Shown here: positions 1-10,700 of the stretch, piece after piece | Numbering within the stretch: the first letter of the stretch is position 1 | Layout of the letters: each line of letters begins with the position of its first letter | Origin: Trueperaceae bacterium | Lineage (GTDB): Bacteria; Deinococcota; Deinococci; Deinococcales; Trueperaceae | Direction of reading: 5' to 3' | DNA length: 64,000 nt | Assembly (NCBI GenBank): GCA_965214405.1 | Contig: OZ243956.1 | Span: 4,128,001 to 4,192,000 of the forward strand | Program-made: the position numbers and the translations under genes | The notes under the pieces: generated by a model | What the model was told of the DNA's origin: nothing | Database searches by the model: none | Seen by the model: the letters and a program-made list of their open reading frames with translations, nothing else

Positions 1-171
1 GGTGATGAGCGTGCCCAGGTCCGCGGTAAGGACGCGAACCTGCCGGACGACTGGGGCGCTCTCTTGCGGTGTACTGAGCGGGTTTGCTTCTTCGGTCCCG
101 CCGCCGCCCGCCCCGCACGAGGCGAGCAATAGGACCCAAAGAAGTCCGGACCAACGCGTCAGCCCGCGCAT
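1..171 (-). CDS. RND efflux periplasmic adaptor (MFP) lipoprotein, N-terminal part; runs off the window edge
   Basis: Manual translation MRGLTRWSGLLWVLLLASCGAGGGG...VVRQVRVLTADLGTLIT. Lipobox LASC; the ATG directly follows the TAG of the upstream TolC gene. Confidence 0.7.
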   Translation of the reverse strand, partial: MRGLTRWSGLLWVLLLASCGAGGGGTEEANPLSTPQESAPVVRQVRVLTADLGTLIT

Positions 172-1320
172 CTAGTTTCCCCCGGACGTTGCAGGCGGCT
201 GCGCTCCGGCCCCCGGCTGCGCCCCGCTTTCACTCCGACTTTCACCGCTCCGACTTTCACCGCTCCGACCCCCTATTCCCCAGGCGTCGAGTCCCGGAAT
301 CTCCACCAGCGCGCTCGCTTGCAGCTCGAGCAGCGCGTTCAAGTACCTGTGCCGCGCCTCCAGCGCCCCGAGTTGCGCCCGGCGGTTGTCGAATTCTGCC
401 TGGTTATAGGCGATTTCGGGGATGAGCCCCGCCTCGAGCCGTTGCCGCTCCCTCTCCAAGCGCGCGTCGGCGTTGGCGACGCCCTCGAGCCGGGTCCGGT
501 AAGTCTCGGCGGCATTTTGGGCGGCCAGGTAAAGGTTGCGCACGCCCAGGCCGGAGCCGCGTTGCGCCTCCCTAAAGCCTTCCTGAGCGGTGTCTAACTG
601 CGTCTGGGCCGCGTCAATCTGCGAGCGCGAGGCGTAGCTGGGGTCGAGCAGATCGACGTTCATTTGCGCCAGCTCGAGCCCCTGCTCCACCCCAAGGAGG
701 TCCGGGTGAGCCTGCGAGGCTTCAAGCGCGTCCTCGAGCGCGGGCAGCGTCACGAGGCCGCCCTCGGGGGGGGGCTCGAGCGCGTCAGCGTCTACCGCGC
801 GGCCGAGGATGCCCTCCAAGTTGCTTTCGGCCAAGCCCTGGCCCTCTTGAACCGCGCGCAGGCTGTTGCGGGCGTCCTCCAGATCCACCTGCGCGTCTTG
901 CACGTCCAGCGGGGTGGCGCTGCCCCGCTCGGCGCGGATTTGGGCGATGGTGAGCGCCTGCTCGGCCAGCGCCACGCTCCCCTCGGCCAGCGCGACCTGT
1001 TGGACAGCCTCTAAGAGGCTCGTATAGGCGTCGGTGATTTCTTGCAAGGCGCGGTAGTAGGCCGCTTCGTGCTCCGCCTCGGCCAGCGCCACGCGCTGGA
1101 GGGCTCCCACCAGCTCGGGTCTTAGGGCCGCCGGGTCGCCCTCGGTGCGGCTCAGGGCGGCAAGGGCGTCTTGAAGCTCGAGCCCCGCGGTCACCACCTC
1201 GGTGCGGTTCACGGCGCTCCTTAGCGCCTCTTGAAGCGTCAGCGTCTCGTTTTGCGCGTGGGAAAAAGAGAAGAGGGTGAGGAGAACGAGTAGGTTAAAA
1301 AAGAGGGTTAGCCGCTGCAC
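172..1320 (-). CDS. TolC-family outer membrane efflux protein
   Basis: Signal peptide followed by LTLQEAL; repeated Ala/Glu/Gln helices with OEP-like turns (RAERGSATPLDV, RLEAGLIPEI); RND operon context. Confidence 0.8.
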   Translation of the reverse strand: MQRLTLFFNLLVLLTLFSFSHAQNETLTLQEALRSAVNRTEVVTAGLELQDALAALSRTEGDPAALRPELVGALQRVALAEAEHEAAYYRALQEITDAYTSLLEAVQQVALAEGSVALAEQALTIAQIRAERGSATPLDVQDAQVDLEDARNSLRAVQEGQGLAESNLEGILGRAVDADALEPPPEGGLVTLPALEDALEASQAHPDLLGVEQGLELAQMNVDLLDPSYASRSQIDAAQTQLDTAQEGFREAQRGSGLGVRNLYLAAQNAAETYRTRLEGVANADARLERERQRLEAGLIPEIAYNQAEFDNRRAQLGALEARHRYLNALLELQASALVEIPGLDAWGIGGRSGESRSGESRSESGAQPGAGAQPPATSGGN

Positions 1321-1455
1321 TGCGTACCTCCGTGCGTCTGTGCGTTTCTGAGAAGGTCACGTCTGGAAGGTTGCCGAAAGAATCACTTTTGAGAGAATCA
1401 CTTTTGAGAAGCCACGTTTGTGGGAGTTACAGCTTCGGGGTTCGTGTTCTGGCGT

Positions 1456-2835
1456 TCACGGCTCGAGCACCTGTGAGACGGGCAGGGCGTAGAACTCATA
1501 TAGGTCGAGGAGGCTGACCAACACCCTTTGGCGGGCGCTGCGGAGGTCCACGTCCGCCTCTAAAAGGTCGACGAGCGCCCCCAACGTCTCTAGCGACGTG
1601 CTTAGCCCCAGGTCCTCGCGCCGCCGCGCCTCCTCAACGTCCTGCTGCGCGTTGCCAAAACGCGCTTCTCGCAGCGCCAAGTCCCGCTGCGCCTGGCTGA
1701 GGGCGTTTTCCAGCCCCTCACGTTGCAGCGCCGCGCCCCCCTCGGCGGCTTGCAGCCCCGCGCGCGCCGCCTCGACGAGCGTCTGCGCCGCGTCGACCGC
1801 GCGGTAGGTGCCGGGCGAGAGGTCGAGCGAGAAGCCCACGCTAAAGGTTCCCCTCACCGTGTTTTGTAAGAGCCCGCGACCGGGGTCGATGTAATCATAG
1901 CCGAGGCTCGGTTGTAAGGTGCGCGAGTCGAGCGACAAGGAGAGCGAGGAGCGGTCGTCCAAGTTTTGGGTGTAGCCCGCTTGCACGGTCGGGTAGAGGT
2001 CGCGCGACACGTTTCGCGCGCTCACTTGAGCGAGCGCGAGGTCGAGCCTCGCCCGCTGCACCTCGAGCGGCACACCCCCCACCAACGGCAGGTCCAGGAG
2101 AGGCTCGAGCAAGTCAGACCCTGGTGGTCCCGGCGGGAGGCGCGCCTCACCCACGAGGCCCACCAGCGTGAGCCGGGCCAGGCTCAGGTCGGCCTCCGCG
2201 CGCCCCGCGAAGGTTTGGGCTTCCTGGACGCCCGCCTGGGCGTCGCGCAGCGCGCGTTCGGTGGCCGCGCCCCGCGCCAAGCGGCGGCGGGTCACCTCGA
2301 GCGCGGTCTCGGCCAATTCAACGCCGCGCCGGGCGAGTTCTAGGGATTCTTCGGCCAGTCGGACGCCCAGGGCCGCCTCCAAGGCTCGCGCCTCGAGGCC
2401 CGTCAGCGTCTCCCTATAGTCGAGCAGCGCCCCTTCGGCGTCGAGCTCGCGCTGGCTCACCAGGTCGGCCACGTCCCCAAAAACGAGGGGCCGAAAGGTG
2501 ACGTCGGTCGAGAGTTGGCCGGTGGTGGTGGGAAATTCCAACACGCCGGGTATCTCGGGAATAAGGGCGAGAACGTCGCGGTCGAGGGTGTTGACGCCCC
2601 CGCTGACGTTGACCGACACCGGGCTCGTGGCCGCGCCCAAGCGCGCCTGGGCGGCGCTAAAAGAAAGACGCGCGGCCTGCAACGCCGGGTGCGCCTCGAG
2701 GAGCCCCAAAAAACTTACGACCTGCCCGCGCTCTGGTTGCGCCTCCAGTAACAAGTTCGAGGCTTCGGGTAGGGGCACGGCGACCTGCGCCTGCGCGAGA
2801 GGAAAAGCGAGGAGTAAAACGGTGAGGTATTTCAT
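1456..2835 (-). CDS. Second TolC-family outer membrane efflux protein
   Basis: Start moved to MKYLTVLLLAFPLAQA signal peptide; OEP-like repeats (RRLARGAATERAL, REDLGLSTSLE); C-terminal aromatic beta segments. Confidence 0.8.
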   Translation of the reverse strand: MKYLTVLLLAFPLAQAQVAVPLPEASNLLLEAQPERGQVVSFLGLLEAHPALQAARLSFSAAQARLGAATSPVSVNVSGGVNTLDRDVLALIPEIPGVLEFPTTTGQLSTDVTFRPLVFGDVADLVSQRELDAEGALLDYRETLTGLEARALEAALGVRLAEESLELARRGVELAETALEVTRRRLARGAATERALRDAQAGVQEAQTFAGRAEADLSLARLTLVGLVGEARLPPGPPGSDLLEPLLDLPLVGGVPLEVQRARLDLALAQVSARNVSRDLYPTVQAGYTQNLDDRSSLSLSLDSRTLQPSLGYDYIDPGRGLLQNTVRGTFSVGFSLDLSPGTYRAVDAAQTLVEAARAGLQAAEGGAALQREGLENALSQAQRDLALREARFGNAQQDVEEARRREDLGLSTSLETLGALVDLLEADVDLRSARQRVLVSLLDLYEFYALPVSQVLEP

Positions 2836-3068
2836 AGAGCCCCAAACGCGCACCGGACGCGGTGCGAACCGGTCATTGCGGGTCGGCTCGAGTTGCACAG
2901 ATTTGACCGAGCGCGTTTTGAGACTTCACGCTGAAATTCCATAGCAAACCTCACAAAGCGTGTGCGGTTGGGGTATCCGCAAAATCCACCTGCCGCTTTT
3001 GGTGAGAGGGCGTTTGTTGAAGCACGACTGGAGTCTACCTGACGTTTGTGAGCCTGAGGCTTCAAATC

Positions 3069-6000
3069 TCACAGCAAGCCCAACCTGTGGAGCTGCCCCT
3101 TGATTCTCATGACGAGCCCGTTCACCAGCCTCACAGGCCGGGGTGCCGCGCTGAGTTCCGGCGAGCGGCCCCCCCGCTCGAAGAGGTAGAAAACCGCGGG
3201 CACGACGTAGAGCGTGAGCAAAGCCGAGGTGAACACGCCGCCCAACACGGCCAAACCGAGCGGCCGCCTCAACTCACCCCCCTCGCCCCCGCCGAAAAGG
3301 AGCGGGATGCTGATGGCGACGATGGTGAGCGAGGTCATGGCGATGGGCCGGAGGCGCAGCCGACCCGCCTCGATAAGCGCCTCGCGCAGACTTGCGCCCT
3401 CCGCGCGGGTCTGCGTCACCGCGTCGAGGAGCAAAATCGCGGTTTTGGTCACCAGCCCGATGAGAATCACGAAGCCGAGCACGCTGGTGACGTCGAGCGA
3501 GGTTTTGGTAAGAAAAAACAGCCAGACCGCGCCGACGAGCGCCAGCGGCACGGTCAGCAGGATGTAGAGGGGATAGCGAAACGAGTTGAACTGACTCGCA
3601 ATCACGAGGTAGTTGAGCAGCAGCGCCAGCCCAAAGGCGATGGGCATGTAAAAGGCCAAATCGGCGGTGAGGTCGATGCCGTTGCCCCCGCCCAGCTCCA
3701 CGCTGTCGTCGAGCAAACCCGCCGCGCGAAGCTCCGACACGATTTCGGACCGGACCTGCGACAAACTCGGCGCGCCCGGCGCTAGGTCGGCGGTGAGGGC
3801 GGCGCTGTAGCTCCCGTCGGTGCGGTTGATGCGCGAGGGGGCCGCCTGAATCTCGAAGGTGCCGAACGCCCCGAGGGGAAGCGCCTCCCTCAAAAGGGGC
3901 GAAAAGATGGGCAAACTCAGCAGCGAACCCTCGTCGCGGAGCCCGGCGGGGTCGGCCTTGACGCGGACGGGATAGTCCGTCCCGGCCAGCCGCATGGTGG
4001 CCGCCTCGAGCCCCACATTATAAATGCGCAGCGTGGTGTAGACGTCCCTGGCGCTCAGCCCGGCCCCGACCAGTTTTTCGTTGTCGATAAGGAACACGCG
4101 CTCGCTCACCACGCTGCCCAAGTCGGACGCGGCGTTTCTCAGGTAGGGTTTGCGCTCTATGAGCGCCAGCGCGGCCTCGCTGCGCGCCTCGAGCGCCTCC
4201 AAGTCCGCCGAGGCTAAGTTGAGTTCAAAGTTGCTCACGCCGGGCGGCCCAAAGGTGTCGGCGGCCTCTACGGTTAAAACCGCCTCCGGGAAGGGGGCAA
4301 GAACGGACCCCAACGCGCGCGCAAACGTGACCGCGAGCTCGTCCGTGTGCGGGCGTTCGCCCCGTCCCACGAGTTCGGCGGCGAAGCCCGCGTGCTCGGG
4401 ACGCTTCTCGAGCGCCGAACCGCCCACCGAGCCCACCAAAGTCTGCACGCGCGTCACCAGGGGACTCGCCATGAGCGCCCCCTCGAGCGTGCGCGCGACC
4501 TCGTCCGTGCGCGTGATGGAGGTGCCCGCCGGAAGCTCTAGGTTGACCACGAGCCGCCCGGCGTCGAGCGTCGGCATAAAGCTGTAGCCTAAGCGCGGAG
4601 CCACGAAAAAGAGGCTCGCAAAAAGGGCCAGCGCGGCCACGAGCGGCAGCGCGGCGCGGCCCAGCACCCGGTCGAGCGAGCGCGCGTAGGCGTCTTGCGC
4701 CCAGCGCGTCGCGCCGTCCACCGCCTCGAAAAGCGCCCGCACGGCGGCCCCGAGCGCGAAGAGGGCCAGGCGAGCCGGGGCGCGCGCCCAAAAGAGTAGC
4801 GCGAGCAGAAGCGCGCCCGCGACGTAGACGAGGTAGGGCTCGAGAAGACGCGGCGTCCCCACGAGCAAGAAGACCCAGACCCCCGACAGCACCACCAACC
4901 AGACGAGGGGGCTGGTGAGGCCTACCCGCACCCGGCGGAGGTCGTCTTTCGCGCGGCGCAACACCCCGCCGCGCTCGCCCCAGCGCGGCGGCAGCGGGTT
5001 GGGCAAATACGCCATCCGCACGGTGAGAAAGAAAAACGCTTCCAAGTAAGAAAAGGTGATGGTAAACGCCAGCGTGAGCGCGAACTGTCTGAAAAAAGGG
5101 CCGATCTCGCCCGGCAGAAAAGAAATAGGCAGAAACACCGCCAGGAGCGACAGCGTGGACGCGAGCACCGCGCCCGCGACGTCGCCCGTTCCCTTCAAGA
5201 CCGCCTCCTCGGCCTCAAAACCCAGCTCGCGGTAACGGCTGATGTTCTCGGCGATCACGATGGAATCGTCCACGACGATGCCGACGGTGACGATAATCGC
5301 CAGGAGCGTGATGACGTTGAAGGTAAAGCCGAGGAGCGCAAAGGCGATGAGCGTACCCGAGAGCGAGAGGGGGATCGCCAGCGTCACCGAAAAAACGGTC
5401 CCCAAGCGCCCGATGAAAAGGAGCACCATAAAGGCCACGATGCCGACCGTTAGAAGCGTGGTGCGTAAGGTGTCCCGCACCGTCGCGCTGACGAAGCTCG
5501 TGTCGTCCCCGACGACGGTGGCGGTGGTGCCCGCGGGAAGCTCGAGCGCTGACAATACCTCCCGCACCCGCGCCGCCGTCGCCACCGCGTTGGCCCCCGC
5601 GCGCTTGCGGACCTCCAAGAGCACGACGGGTTCGCCGTTTAAGCGCACGTACGAATCGACCACGGTGGTGTCGCGCACCACCGCCACGTCGCGCACCCTC
5701 ACGCCCTGCGAATTCACCGGCACGGCCTCGACGTCACTCAGACTTTCGGGCACGTTCCTGCCGACGAGCAAGATACGCGTGTCCCCCAAGTCAAAGTCGC
5801 CCGTGGGCACCGTGACCGCCGAGTCGCGCAGCGCGCCCACCACCGCCTGCGGCGAGAGCGCGTAAGACGTGAGCTTATTAGGGTCTAGAAGCACCTGAAG
5901 TTCGCGCGTGGCGGGACCCACCACGGTCACGTCCGCGACGCCGCGCGCGCGCCGAAGCTCGAGCGCCACGTCATTCTCAGCCAACGTTTGAACGTCGTAA

Positions 6001-6461
6001 AGCGCCTCGCCGGGCGCGGCGACCGCCACACTGAGGATGGGCTGGTCGTCCGGGTCGAAGCTTCGCACCACCGGCGCGCGCGCGCCGTCGGGGAGCCCAG
6101 CGGCCACACCGTCGAGCCGCCGCGACACCTCCGCAACCACCCCCTGCGGGTCCGCGTCGGCGCTAAAGTAGGCGACGACGCGGCTCAAGCCCTCCGACGA
6201 GGTCGAGGTGACCGCCTCTAGGTCCGGCAGCGTCGTGAGCGCCCCCTCGATGACCTCGCCCACCCCCGCGCTCACCCCCTCGGGACCCGCGCCGGGGTAA
6301 GCGGTCATCACCGACACGACGGGAAACGCTACCTCGGGCAACAGGTCGACACCAATCTCGAAAAGGCTGAGCAGCCCGAAAAGCAGCAGGGTCCCGAACA
6401 CGCTGATGGCGAGGATGTAGTTTTTTACAAAGAAAGCCACAAGGCGAGTGATGGGTGTCAA
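3069..6461 (-). CDS. RND efflux permease (AcrB/AcrD/AcrF family)
   Basis: 1130 aa; DLLPEVAFPVV, GIVVDDSIV, GLVTKTAILL and RLRPIAMT motifs. Confidence 0.95.
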   Translation of the reverse strand: MTPITRLVAFFVKNYILAISVFGTLLLFGLLSLFEIGVDLLPEVAFPVVSVMTAYPGAGPEGVSAGVGEVIEGALTTLPDLEAVTSTSSEGLSRVVAYFSADADPQGVVAEVSRRLDGVAAGLPDGARAPVVRSFDPDDQPILSVAVAAPGEALYDVQTLAENDVALELRRARGVADVTVVGPATRELQVLLDPNKLTSYALSPQAVVGALRDSAVTVPTGDFDLGDTRILLVGRNVPESLSDVEAVPVNSQGVRVRDVAVVRDTTVVDSYVRLNGEPVVLLEVRKRAGANAVATAARVREVLSALELPAGTTATVVGDDTSFVSATVRDTLRTTLLTVGIVAFMVLLFIGRLGTVFSVTLAIPLSLSGTLIAFALLGFTFNVITLLAIIVTVGIVVDDSIVIAENISRYRELGFEAEEAVLKGTGDVAGAVLASTLSLLAVFLPISFLPGEIGPFFRQFALTLAFTITFSYLEAFFFLTVRMAYLPNPLPPRWGERGGVLRRAKDDLRRVRVGLTSPLVWLVVLSGVWVFLLVGTPRLLEPYLVYVAGALLLALLFWARAPARLALFALGAAVRALFEAVDGATRWAQDAYARSLDRVLGRAALPLVAALALFASLFFVAPRLGYSFMPTLDAGRLVVNLELPAGTSITRTDEVARTLEGALMASPLVTRVQTLVGSVGGSALEKRPEHAGFAAELVGRGERPHTDELAVTFARALGSVLAPFPEAVLTVEAADTFGPPGVSNFELNLASADLEALEARSEAALALIERKPYLRNAASDLGSVVSERVFLIDNEKLVGAGLSARDVYTTLRIYNVGLEAATMRLAGTDYPVRVKADPAGLRDEGSLLSLPIFSPLLREALPLGAFGTFEIQAAPSRINRTDGSYSAALTADLAPGAPSLSQVRSEIVSELRAAGLLDDSVELGGGNGIDLTADLAFYMPIAFGLALLLNYLVIASQFNSFRYPLYILLTVPLALVGAVWLFFLTKTSLDVTSVLGFVILIGLVTKTAILLLDAVTQTRAEGASLREALIEAGRLRLRPIAMTSLTIVAISIPLLFGGGEGGELRRPLGLAVLGGVFTSALLTLYVVPAVFYLFERGGRSPELSAAPRPVRLVNGLVMRIKGQLHRLGLL

Positions 6462-6876
6462 AGGTGTCCCTTCAGGTTCTGCTCACGTCTGATTATCCAG
6501 GTTTAACCATGCTTGCGAACAGGTGCAGCGCGGAGAGATGTGCCGTACATTTCCGTACATTTATCATGACTCGCCTTACGCACGAGCTGTCAAAGGATTA
6601 GAAACCTCTCCCAAAAGTTTGAAGGGAAATATGAAACACAGCATATCCGCTTCCTCCCTTCTGCATTCTCGATAGCAAGCAACACGCTGGCTCGAGCGAA
6701 ACTCAGCCTATACATTTCTGTCGCCAGGCGGCGGATGCGTAACTGGAACGCAGTTTAAGGGAGGGTGCCTGCGCCGAACTCACTCGGTGTCTGCGAAAAC
6801 CGCTGTGTTCCCTTTTTTCCAAACCTACATCCACAAATACCGTGAAAATACTGTGTAAGGTGAGGCCGTAAGTTTT

Positions 6877-7572
6877 TTAAGGGTTGACGTAACTCAGGGT
6901 TTTATCCAGGAGCGCGTTGATTTGAGCCACGACGCTCTCTATGACGCCCTCTGGAACCTCTAAGTCCGTTTCTGCCTCGAGAAACCCGGTCAGCGTACAA
7001 AGGAGCGCCCCGAGGGTGCCGGTTTCGGGCATACCGAGGTCGAGAGAGATCTCCACAAGCGAAACGTGCAGTCGGCCAAGTTCACCGTCGAAAACGAACG
7101 GGCCGAGCTCTAAGTAAAGCACCTCGCAGCCGCGCGGATGCCCCCCTGAACCGGAGGCGGTACGGACGCCCGACCCTGCACCCGCTTCAGCCCCACGCTT
7201 AGAAGAGAGGCTGGTAGAGGAGAAGCTGAGGGTGGCCGGGACGTTCTCAAAGCTCTCTTCTAACGCAGCCGCGCCTGAACGAGAGGTTTCGGTCAGCACG
7301 CCGCTCACCCTGAGACCGTCTTGATACGTGAGGCTTGTGAGCGTGAGCGCGCCTCTAAACGCCCCCAGTTCGCTCCCGCCTTCGCCGCTCGCCATCACGC
7401 CTTCGACCGGTATATCCGTGAGCGCAGCCGCGTCGTCCACAAGAACGTCCGGACGTTCTACCGACGCCTGGCAGCCTACGAGAAAAAGCAGGAGCAGCCC
7501 CACCAGTGACGCCCTCACGGCGCGTCTGGTTGTAATGCTTGCGGAACCTGTGTCTGAAACTATGCTTAACAT
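6877..7572 (-). CDS. Hypothetical lipoprotein
   Basis: Lipobox LVGC; C-terminal C-x-VLYLELGP...LGALLC segment resembling a widespread uncharacterised secreted family. Confidence 0.65.
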   Translation of the reverse strand: MLSIVSDTGSASITTRRAVRASLVGLLLLFLVGCQASVERPDVLVDDAAALTDIPVEGVMASGEGGSELGAFRGALTLTSLTYQDGLRVSGVLTETSRSGAAALEESFENVPATLSFSSTSLSSKRGAEAGAGSGVRTASGSGGHPRGCEVLYLELGPFVFDGELGRLHVSLVEISLDLGMPETGTLGALLCTLTGFLEAETDLEVPEGVIESVVAQINALLDKTLSYVNP

Positions 7573-7857
7573 ACGTACCCCCCTCGAGGCTTGCCGTTCA
7601 CCGCCCTGAGCAGCGAATGGAAGAGAAACTTACCTGCTCGTCCATGAACTAGCTTTACGAAACACCAAGATAACAGATATGACTATACCCTTTGCGCAGG
7701 CGTCTCCACCATCATTTAACCAGACCCTATGATTAGACAATAGAGAACAATGTACTGGTCAACCGGGGTTACTATCCCATAATATGTGAAGATTCGCACT
7801 TTTGGCAGCTCTTTTATCAGGGATTAAGTACAACGAAGGGGCAACGATGATTGGCCG

Positions 7858-8913
7858 TCACTGTAACCCCGCCTCCTCAAAGGTTGCCATGTCGGTAAGG
7901 ACCCGCGCCGCGCTCTCTAAAAGCGGCAGCGCGAGCACGCCGCCCGAGCCCTCGCCGAGCCGCAGGCCAAGGTCGAAAAGCGGCTCGAGGTCAAGGTGTC
8001 CCAACTGCACCCGGTGACCGGGCTCCACGGACGCGTGCGACGCGAAAAGGTAGTCGCGCACGTGCCCTTCAAGCGCTACCGCCACGAGCGCCGCCGAGGT
8101 AGCGATAAAACCGTCTAAGACGACCGGTACCCGCTCACGCGCCGCCATGAGGTAAAAACCGACCAAAGCCGCGATTTCGAGCCCGCCTACCTTGGCGAGC
8201 GTTCCTAAAGGCTCTATGCGCTCTGGCTGATGACGCTCGAGCGCCCGCTCGATGACGGTTATTTTGTGCTCGAGCCCCGCGTCCGTTACCCCCGTGCCGC
8301 GCCCTGTCACCGCCCGAACGGACCCGCCTGTCAGCACGGCGGTGAGAGCCGCCGCGGGCGTCGTGTTGCCGATACCCATCTCGCCGCCGACGAGCAAATT
8401 GGCTCCTTCGCTTATGAGGCGGCGGGCGGTTTCGACGCCGACGTTGCACGCGGCTAACGTCTCATCCATCGTCATCGCAGGGGCGTCTAAAAAGTTCGCG
8501 GTACCGCGCGCGACCTTGCGTTTTAGCAACCGTGGGTGGTCGGGGAAGTCGGCGTCGACGCCCACATCCACGACCAGTAAACTTGCATCCGCCACCCGCG
8601 CGAGCGCGTTGACCGCGGCCCCGCCGTGCAAAAAATTAAGCACCATCCCTCTCGTTACGCCTTTCGGATACGCCGACACGCCCGCCGCCGTGACGCCGTG
8701 GTCGGCGGCAAAAACGGCGACGGCCTTGTTTCTGACCACAGGTTTGGGCGCGCCATAAATCGACGCGAGCCGGACGCCTAAAGCCTCGAGCCCGCCCAAA
8801 CTCTCCGGCGGCTTGGTCAGCGTGTCGTGTCGCTTTTTTGCTCTCGCGGCCGTCTCGGTGTCAGCAGGTTCGATGTCTCTCATGATGTTTTCTAAGGCGT
8901 TAGGTTTCACCAT
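7858..8913 (-). CDS. cobT: Nicotinate-nucleotide:dimethylbenzimidazole phosphoribosyltransferase
   Basis: LTKPPESLG, AADHGV, GEMGIGNTT and LRLGEGSG motifs; start reassigned to ATG 8913 (MVKPNALE). Confidence 0.95.
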   Translation of the reverse strand: MVKPNALENIMRDIEPADTETAARAKKRHDTLTKPPESLGGLEALGVRLASIYGAPKPVVRNKAVAVFAADHGVTAAGVSAYPKGVTRGMVLNFLHGGAAVNALARVADASLLVVDVGVDADFPDHPRLLKRKVARGTANFLDAPAMTMDETLAACNVGVETARRLISEGANLLVGGEMGIGNTTPAAALTAVLTGGSVRAVTGRGTGVTDAGLEHKITVIERALERHQPERIEPLGTLAKVGGLEIAALVGFYLMAARERVPVVLDGFIATSAALVAVALEGHVRDYLFASHASVEPGHRVQLGHLDLEPLFDLGLRLGEGSGGVLALPLLESAARVLTDMATFEEAGLQ

Positions 8914-8915
8914 AC

Positions 8916-9551
8916 TTAGAAGCTCCACAGATTTTCCCGCCCCAGCAGGTGCGCGTGGTCGTTTACCCCGGCGATGGTGACGCGGCCATCGTAAAAAAGA
9001 ATGCGAGTGAGGCTCGCGTTGTTGACAGCGAAGTCCCAGGAGGTCGCGCCTGGCGCGTCCAAAATGAGCCGGAGCACGGTGTGGACAACGCCGCCGTGGG
9101 TAAAGGCGATGACGCGACCTTCTTCTGGCAAGGAGCTCAGCCACGCACCGACCCGCGCGGCCACGTCGGCAAAATTCTCGCCGCCTTGGGGGCGGTAGCC
9201 GTAGCGGTCGCGGCGCATCGCCTCGCGCACGCGGGCCTCTTCGGGCGTCAGGTCTGCGTCGATTTTGCCCTCCAATATACCCCTCGAGATTTCGCGCAGG
9301 CGCGCGTCTTGAATGGCGTCCACCCCCGGCAGCGCCAGCTCGGCGGTTTGCAGGGCTCTAGGTAAATCCGAACTGTAAACCCGGTCAAACGTGCGGTCAA
9401 AAGTCTCGTCCATCAGCCTCACCCCGAGCCGCCGCGCCTGTTTTAGGCCTAAGTTGGAAAGCGGATTTGGGCTCTGACCCTGGACGCGGCGCTCGCGGTT
9501 CCAGAGGGTTTCGCCGTGGCGGACGAGCACGAGTTCTAGCATCCCCTTCAA
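8916..9551 (-). CDS. Histidine phosphatase, probable alpha-ribazole phosphatase (CobC-like)
   Basis: LVRHGET, SSDLPRA, THGG motifs; lies in the B12 operon next to cobT. Confidence 0.85.
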   Translation of the reverse strand: MKGMLELVLVRHGETLWNRERRVQGQSPNPLSNLGLKQARRLGVRLMDETFDRTFDRVYSSDLPRALQTAELALPGVDAIQDARLREISRGILEGKIDADLTPEEARVREAMRRDRYGYRPQGGENFADVAARVGAWLSSLPEEGRVIAFTHGGVVHTVLRLILDAPGATSWDFAVNNASLTRILFYDGRVTIAGVNDHAHLLGRENLWSF

Positions 9552-9832
9552 CGTTCGATACCCCGCTGCGTGGGCACATTGGCGTCGAAAGCGTGCTTGA
9601 CGTGGCGCATTTCAGTCACGGCGTCGGCGGCGTTAACAAGCTCCTCGGGCGCGTTTCTGCCGGTCAACTGGAAGAGCCGCGTCCGCAAACCGCGACCGTG
9701 CGCATGGGTCACGAACCCCAAGGCGGCGGCGGTTTTGCCCTTGCCGTCACCCGTGTTGACGACGACCAAGCCACGCCGCTCGCCGTGAACTTTTGGGGTT
9801 TTCTGGTTTATGGGTGGTGCTGTGGTGCTCAC
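9548..9832 (-). pseudogene. cobO: Cob(I)alamin adenosyltransferase with a large in-frame internal deletion
   Basis: N-terminal [19 protein letters not shown]...FQ is joined directly to C-terminal [28 protein letters not shown]; about half the usual length. Confidence 0.8.
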
Positions 9833-9904
9833 GTTTCTCCTTTTCTTGCCCCGAATCAAACGTCAATGTTTACGTTCATTGCTAACCCTGTTGATGAAAC
9901 ATAG

Positions 9905-10699
9905 TTAATAAAACATAAGCGCCACGGTCAACAGGAGCGCCTCGCTGCTCTCGACCACCGCCCCGTAGGCGTCGCCGCCGAGGCCCCCCATCCGGCGATT
10001 TAGCCAAGCCCCCAAACCCAGGGCGGTAGAGGCCGCGGTCACAATGAGCACCAGACCGACAACCCACCCCACCGTCAGCAGGGAAACCGCCGCGGCGAGC
10101 GCGAGGCCCAAAAGGAGCGGAAAAGAGGTTTCGCTTTTTGTGAGCGCGCTCTTGCGCCCCAGCAAACTTGCGTCGTGAACCGGAAACCGCGCCATCGTCA
10201 GGAGCACGGCGGTGCGGCTCAGGAGGGGCGCGAGCAGGAGCACGGTGGGGCTCGAGCTCCCCACCCCTGCTACTTTGGTGAGAATCAGCAAGTTTCCCGC
10301 GGCGAGCGCGAACGCGCCGACGCGCGGATCCTTGACGATGCGCCAGCGCTCCTCAGGGGGTTTAGGCGCAAGCGCGGCGTCCGCCAAGTCACAAAACCCG
10401 TCGAAGTGGAGCGCGCCTGTGAGCCCCAACCAGAGCGCCGTGACGAGGGCGCCGCGCAAGAGGGGCGGGAGGGGCTCGAGCAAAACGGACGCGAGCGCCA
10501 GAAAGAGACCGATGATCAACCCGACCAGAGGATACGCCCGGACCGCCAACTTCAGATCGTCGTCTCGCCAGTCTCGCACCAAGGGCACGGGCAGCGTGGT
10601 GAGAAACCCCAGCGCCACCCGCAGCGCCCGCCCGTAGCGCCTCATGCGGGTCTCACGGTTCGTTTTACAGTGCGTCTCACAGTGCGTGTCACCGTACAT
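9905..10699 (-). CDS. cobS: Adenosylcobinamide-GDP ribazoletransferase (cobalamin synthase)
   Basis: FLTTLP, LTGALHFDGFCDLAD, KDPRVGAF and GGLGGDAYGA motifs. Confidence 0.95.
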   Translation of the reverse strand: MYGDTHCETHCKTNRETRMRRYGRALRVALGFLTTLPVPLVRDWRDDDLKLAVRAYPLVGLIIGLFLALASVLLEPLPPLLRGALVTALWLGLTGALHFDGFCDLADAALAPKPPEERWRIVKDPRVGAFALAAGNLLILTKVAGVGSSSPTVLLLAPLLSRTAVLLTMARFPVHDASLLGRKSALTKSETSFPLLLGLALAAAVSLLTVGWVVGLVLIVTAASTALGLGAWLNRRMGGLGGDAYGAVVESSEALLLTVALMFY

Positions 10700-10700
10700 T

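Noticed and set aside
8914..9144. N-terminal extension of the cobT ORF
   Set aside because: Overlaps the phosphatase gene in another frame; CobT similarity starts after ATG 8913.
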